This document shows positions 42,501 through 44,661 of a stretch of DNA of 44,661 nucleotides, piece after piece; within the stretch, counting starts at the first letter, position 1; each line of letters starts with the position of its first letter. The stretch covers positions 1-44,661 of the forward strand of contig DF237640.1 of NCBI GenBank assembly GCA_000708835.1, written 5' to 3'. Made by a program: the position numbers and the translations under genes. The stretch is from Klebsormidium nitens. Its lineage: Eukaryota; Plantae; Klebsormidiophyceae. Under the pieces are notes generated by a model that searched no databases, had not been told where the DNA came from, and saw only the letters and a program-made list of their open reading frames with translations.

Positions 42501-43862
42501 ATGGCACATGAGCCCCTGTTGGGCCAGCCAGCTGATACCAATGCCGAGACTCGGGGCAGCCTGGGACCGCGGCCAGGCTGGCAGCATATGTGGACGGCAG
42601 GGTTGCATTGGGCCAGGCGCAAGATTGTCTACCCCCTGGTTGGCTACCTCAGACAGTAGGTGTTTAAGTCATGATCTCTACGTTGGTTGTCCACGAATCT
42701 CTGATTGCATATTATACCCTGCCATGCTGCTGTTAGGATTCTGAACTCTGCCCTATGCACCTTCTGAGTTGGCTTTCTTGCTGTGGAAGGCAGGGTGACT
42801 TGCTGAAGCCCTCTGTTTTGCTTGGCAGACTCGTTTGACATTGCAGCCAAGAATGCAATCATATGCAACCTCTTCTTTTGCAGGGGCACGGAACCTCGAT
42901 TGCTTGCATTTTCAGCATCGGTGGGCCTCACTTTTGGACTCTTCCCCATAGCTGGGCTGACGTCTGCTTGCTGCGGACTAGCAGCTTTAGCTTTGCGGGG
43001 AAGATGCCACATCCCAACCATGCTTCTCGTCAACATGGTTGTCACACCTTTAGAGCTTAGGTGATCAATTCATCCCACCTCTTCAACTTTACATGACTAC
43101 TCATTTAGTACAGGTTGAACGCTTGATGACTTTTGAAATTGGTCAAATTTCAAGTTCTAAGCATTCAATTGTTTTTTTAACATAGAAAGCGTGGTTTCAA
43201 GGTTCGATGTACCATGTTTCTATCGAGCTTTTGTAGTCTTGGGTTAAAACTGATCCGTCAACCATTCTTGCAGTTTCATCATCCCGTTCATGCGCCTTGG
43301 TGAAAAGATTCTAGGAGCACCCGCGTTGCCTCTTGACCCTACCGCATTTTGGGACTTCATAACAGGCCACGGTTCAAGCAATCTTCTTGCGGCAATGAGT
43401 CATGCGGTGAGGTTTAGCCATCTCTGTTGGATGGGATCCCGTTTGTTTTACTAACTTGTAGCTTCTTTTGCAAGCTTCCTGTCTACATTGTGCACATGTC
43501 AACCTTTCTAGTTCAATGTCCAAACTCTTTTGGCATCATGTATGTTCCTCGCATTTATGCGAGCGCTCTTCATTTTTGATGCCGAGCATTGTCTTCTTTT
43601 GCAGCTTCTAGGATGGGCTACCGTCGCACCTTTTCTTCTTTACTTTTCATTCAGAGCATTGGTTCCTATTATGCACAGCTTGTCAAGCCATTTTGCGTCA
43701 GGCGAGCATTCCCCTACAACTGAACATTGTCAGCAAGATAAAGATAGAATATCTCCAGGACGAACTTCAAGTGTATGTAAATCTATCTCAATTCGCAGAA
43801 TGGTAGAGGATGCCCATGTTGGAAGCTCGAAAGGAGTTGGCCAACAACAGTTGCATCCTTAG
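42501..43862 (+). CDS. DUF2062-family membrane protein, 240 aa
   Basis: Exons 42501-42655, 42884-43060, 43274-43406 and 43605-43862 join in frame. GTEPRLLAFSASVGLTFGLFPI...LLVNMVVTPLELSFIIPFMRLGE matches the plant DUF2062 pattern as I recall it. Confidence 0.8.
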
Positions 43863-44431
43863 CCAGCTTGAAACATTGTTTTGGAAGGCTTATGTCATTT
43901 TTCTTTAGATGCGATCCAGCAATTGGAGAGTTTCATTGCAAAATCAGATTCTCTACTGGATAAACAGGGAAACATAAAAGTCAAAATGTAGCTAAAACCT
44001 TGATTGAACGCACTAATTGATTTTGAGGCTAGCTGTACAACGGTCCAAGCCTACATGCATTGCTCCCTTTGGACTGGGACAACCTGAGCACTTCTTGAAA
44101 AGTTGTCATGCGGCTCATGCCCTTCAAGGCGCTTTTCTCTTGGCACAACCTTAGAATCTATTTATTTACTGATTTATCGCACCATATCTACCCAAGTTGT
44201 TCTCTCCCAATCATGTGCATCAATGCAAGAAATGCTATCGCTTGTTCACCGGTAGCTCGGGAATCATCTAGCTTGCCACTTCTTTCCCCTATCATCCGAG
44301 CTTCCGAGCGGTACATTTCCTACATAGAAGAAGCCAAACTCTCCCGATCGAGAGTGGGCCCCCCCCTTCCTCCTTTCCTTTCCCTTTTCACCCCCCTGCC
44401 CAAACACCCCCCGTTTCAAGATTCAAATCCA

Positions 44432-44473
44432 GTTTTTGTTTTTGTTTTTGTTTTTGTTTTTTTTTTGTTTTTT
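44432..44473. repeat. (GTTTTT)n / poly-T tract at the telomere junction
   Basis: About 5 GTTTTT units followed by T runs. Confidence 0.85.
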
Positions 44474-44588
44474 AATTGGGTTTTGTTGTAAAATTTGAGG
44501 TTTTAGGGTTTTTTGGTTTTAGGGTTTTATGGTTTCTGGGTTTTAGGGTTTCAGGGTTTTAGGGTTTTAGGGTTTTATTGTTTTATTG
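44474..44588 (+). repeat. Degenerate telomere-variant repeats
   Basis: Perfect TTTTAGGG units interspersed with TTTTATGG, TTTCTGGG, TTTCAGGG and TTTTATTG, largely in 8-nt register. Confidence 0.85.
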
Positions 44589-44661
44589 TTTTAGGGTTTT
44601 AGGGTTTTAGGGTTTTAGGGTTTTAGGGTTTTAGGGTTTTAGGGTTTTAGGGTTTTAGGGT
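44589..44661 (+). repeat. Telomere (TTTTAGGG)n
   Basis: Nine perfect 8-mers to the end of the window, with the G-rich strand pointing outward. Confidence 0.98.

Overview
Eukaryotic green-algal (Viridiplantae) chromosome end, intron-rich, with three assembly gaps (546-961, 1865-2113, 21812-22487). It starts with the 5' LTR, tRNA-iMet PBS and gag of a Ty3/gypsy-type LTR retrotransposon (minus strand). Eight spliced genes follow in strictly alternating orientation, forming four head-to-head pairs: GRWD1/RRB1 WD40 (-) with a Kir-like channel (+); an F-group-like bZIP (-) with a large MBD-domain protein (+); a kinesin-10/KIF22-like motor (-) with CYP710 sterol C22-desaturase (+); and an SR30/SF2-like splicing factor (-) with a DUF2062 membrane protein (+). 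Two related CCGTAG-terminated MITEs lie on either side of the SR gene. The window ends in a (TTTTAGGG)n telomere about 640 bp after the last stop codon. The most notable signals are: shared promoter words in the bidirectional promoters; an island of 16 GTAC motifs and nested palindromes between the bZIP and MBD genes; a Kir channel lacking the GYG filter; an F-bZIP lacking the zinc-sensor motif; about four GC-AG introns; and palindrome-rich tail-to-tail spacers. All exon models were built by hand from splice signals and frame continuity. Family assignments rest on motif recognition, not on database searches.
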